A stretch of DNA of 64,000 nt. Source: Octopus sinensis (Eukaryota). This document shows, in pieces, positions 62,641-64,000 of this stretch (positions within the stretch are counted from its first letter, which is position 1; the number at the start of each line of letters is the position of its first letter). The stretch spans positions 43,710,001 through 43,774,000 of the forward strand of contig NC_043001.1 of NCBI RefSeq assembly GCF_006345805.1, in the 5' to 3' direction. Position numbers and translations under genes: made by a program. The notes under the pieces were generated by a model. The model was not told where the DNA came from. It did not search any database and was given only the letters and a program-made list of their open reading frames with translations.

Positions 62641-64000
62641 GCCATAACCTTAATATTAATAATAAATACTAGTGAATGTTTGATATATCTGGGGGATTAA
62701 CATCCTAACAGCAATTGCAATAATTTAGTACCAATCTTTACATTTGAAATAACGATAGCAATAGCAGCAGTTTTCTGATCAAACTCAAGCTCCATGGTAG
62801 TGAGATTAAAATAAATGTCATCTTCCCAAACAAATAACCTGTCAATATTGAGATAACTGTCAACCAATCAGTTAGTAGACGCAGTTAAGTGTATCTTTTA
62901 TTTAATAACCTTCTATGTCATTGCATGGTTACAGCTATAACCATGTCTATGATTGTAACTACATAATCATTTATTGGTTATGCAAGACTGAAGCTACAAC
63001 AATCGTGTTGGTATATTCTAAAGTGATTATCATATAATCACCTGCTGGAAACTTCTAAGTTTTCTGTAAATAGCAACAGCAATTTGAAAATATGTGACTT
63101 CTCCCTCAGTAGATTGATCAGTTGGTTTTATGAGGGTTAGTGTCAAGTAAAGCATAACTAAAGAGAGAGATAAGAGAAATATCTGTGTGTCATGTTCAGT
63201 TGACATTGATATATACCACAAGGAAATTATATTAAAATACACAGTCATTAGTAATCTGTTATGCATTTATGGGCAAACATACACACACGTTCAAATGTAG
63301 TTTCCTTATTCTCTCTTTGAAATCAATCACTGGACAGCAGCCTTGCTGAGGCACTGCTTTTCAAGACTTTAGTCAGTTATTTATATATGCATATAACCAC
63401 ATGGGCTCTGGTTCAGTCCTGCTGCATATCACCTTGGGCAAGTGTCTTCTACTATAGCCCTGGGTCAATCAAAGCTTTGTGAGTATATTTGGTAGACAAA
63501 AACTGTGTGTGTGCATGTGTGTGTGTGTTACTATCTCCTTGTCTTGACTTCATGTGATAACTGTAAATGAATGTAACTGTCCAATCTTCCACGAAAACAT
63601 ATTTGGTTAAGGGGAATATTACCTGACTTGGAAACAGGTGAGAGTTGGCAGTAGGAAGGGCATCAACTTGCAAGAAAATATGCCTCAACAAATTCTTCTA
63701 GTCCATGCGAGCACGGAAAAGTAGACATAAAAAATGATGATGATAACACACATATATACAGACAGATACATTAAAATGAAAACATACAGATGATTTAAGA
63801 AGAGCCAAGAGGAAATCAGACCCCAAATATCTCACTTGAGTTGTAATTAAACTGTCATCATGTATCTTTTGTCTGCAACCTAATTAACCTTCTCAATAAC
63901 TCCAGAGTTGTCACCTTCCAATCAGAGACTATTAGAAGTAAATATCTTTATGGGTAATTTTGCAATGTGGCTTTTGTATTTAATTTTTTCTATCAAAAAA

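Noticed and set aside
63030-63266. ORF with a hydrophobic stretch ending at CAG|GTGATT, considered as SORL1 exon 1
   Set aside because: No furin site or SorLA similarity; part of it resembles the abundant ~200-bp repeat, and the hydrophobicity comes from a (CT)-rich tract.

Overview
AT-rich, microsatellite- and transposon-dense eukaryotic DNA. The repeat landscape (tRNA-derived SINEs, RTE LINEs, (GAT)n-tailed elements, long (TA)n tracts) looks like an octopus or other coleoid cephalopod genome; this is inferred from recognition, not a database search. The only host gene I can support is a sortilin-related receptor (SORL1/SorLA orthologue) on the minus strand. Thirteen GT-AG coding exons between 27301 and the left window edge splice into one frame of 655 codons (1965 nt), covering the VPS10 beta-propeller and 10CC region. 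The signal-peptide exon was not found in the 36.7 kb upstream. The rest is intronic and packed with TE remnants: DD34D mariners, DD37D maT elements, a Tigger fragment, hAT and piggyBac-like MITEs, a Helentron-type element, RTE and Penelope-like fragments, and SINEs. The most interesting non-coding observations are an RTE LINE with a twin-priming-like 5' inversion, three long fold-back stems in the pre-mRNA, a degenerate hammerhead-ribozyme fold, a near-pristine SINE with a 12-bp TSD, a PHD-like finger inside an RT frame, and a candidate 48-nt in-frame cassette exon. No prokaryotic-type systems are present, and I cannot support a wholly new biological system.
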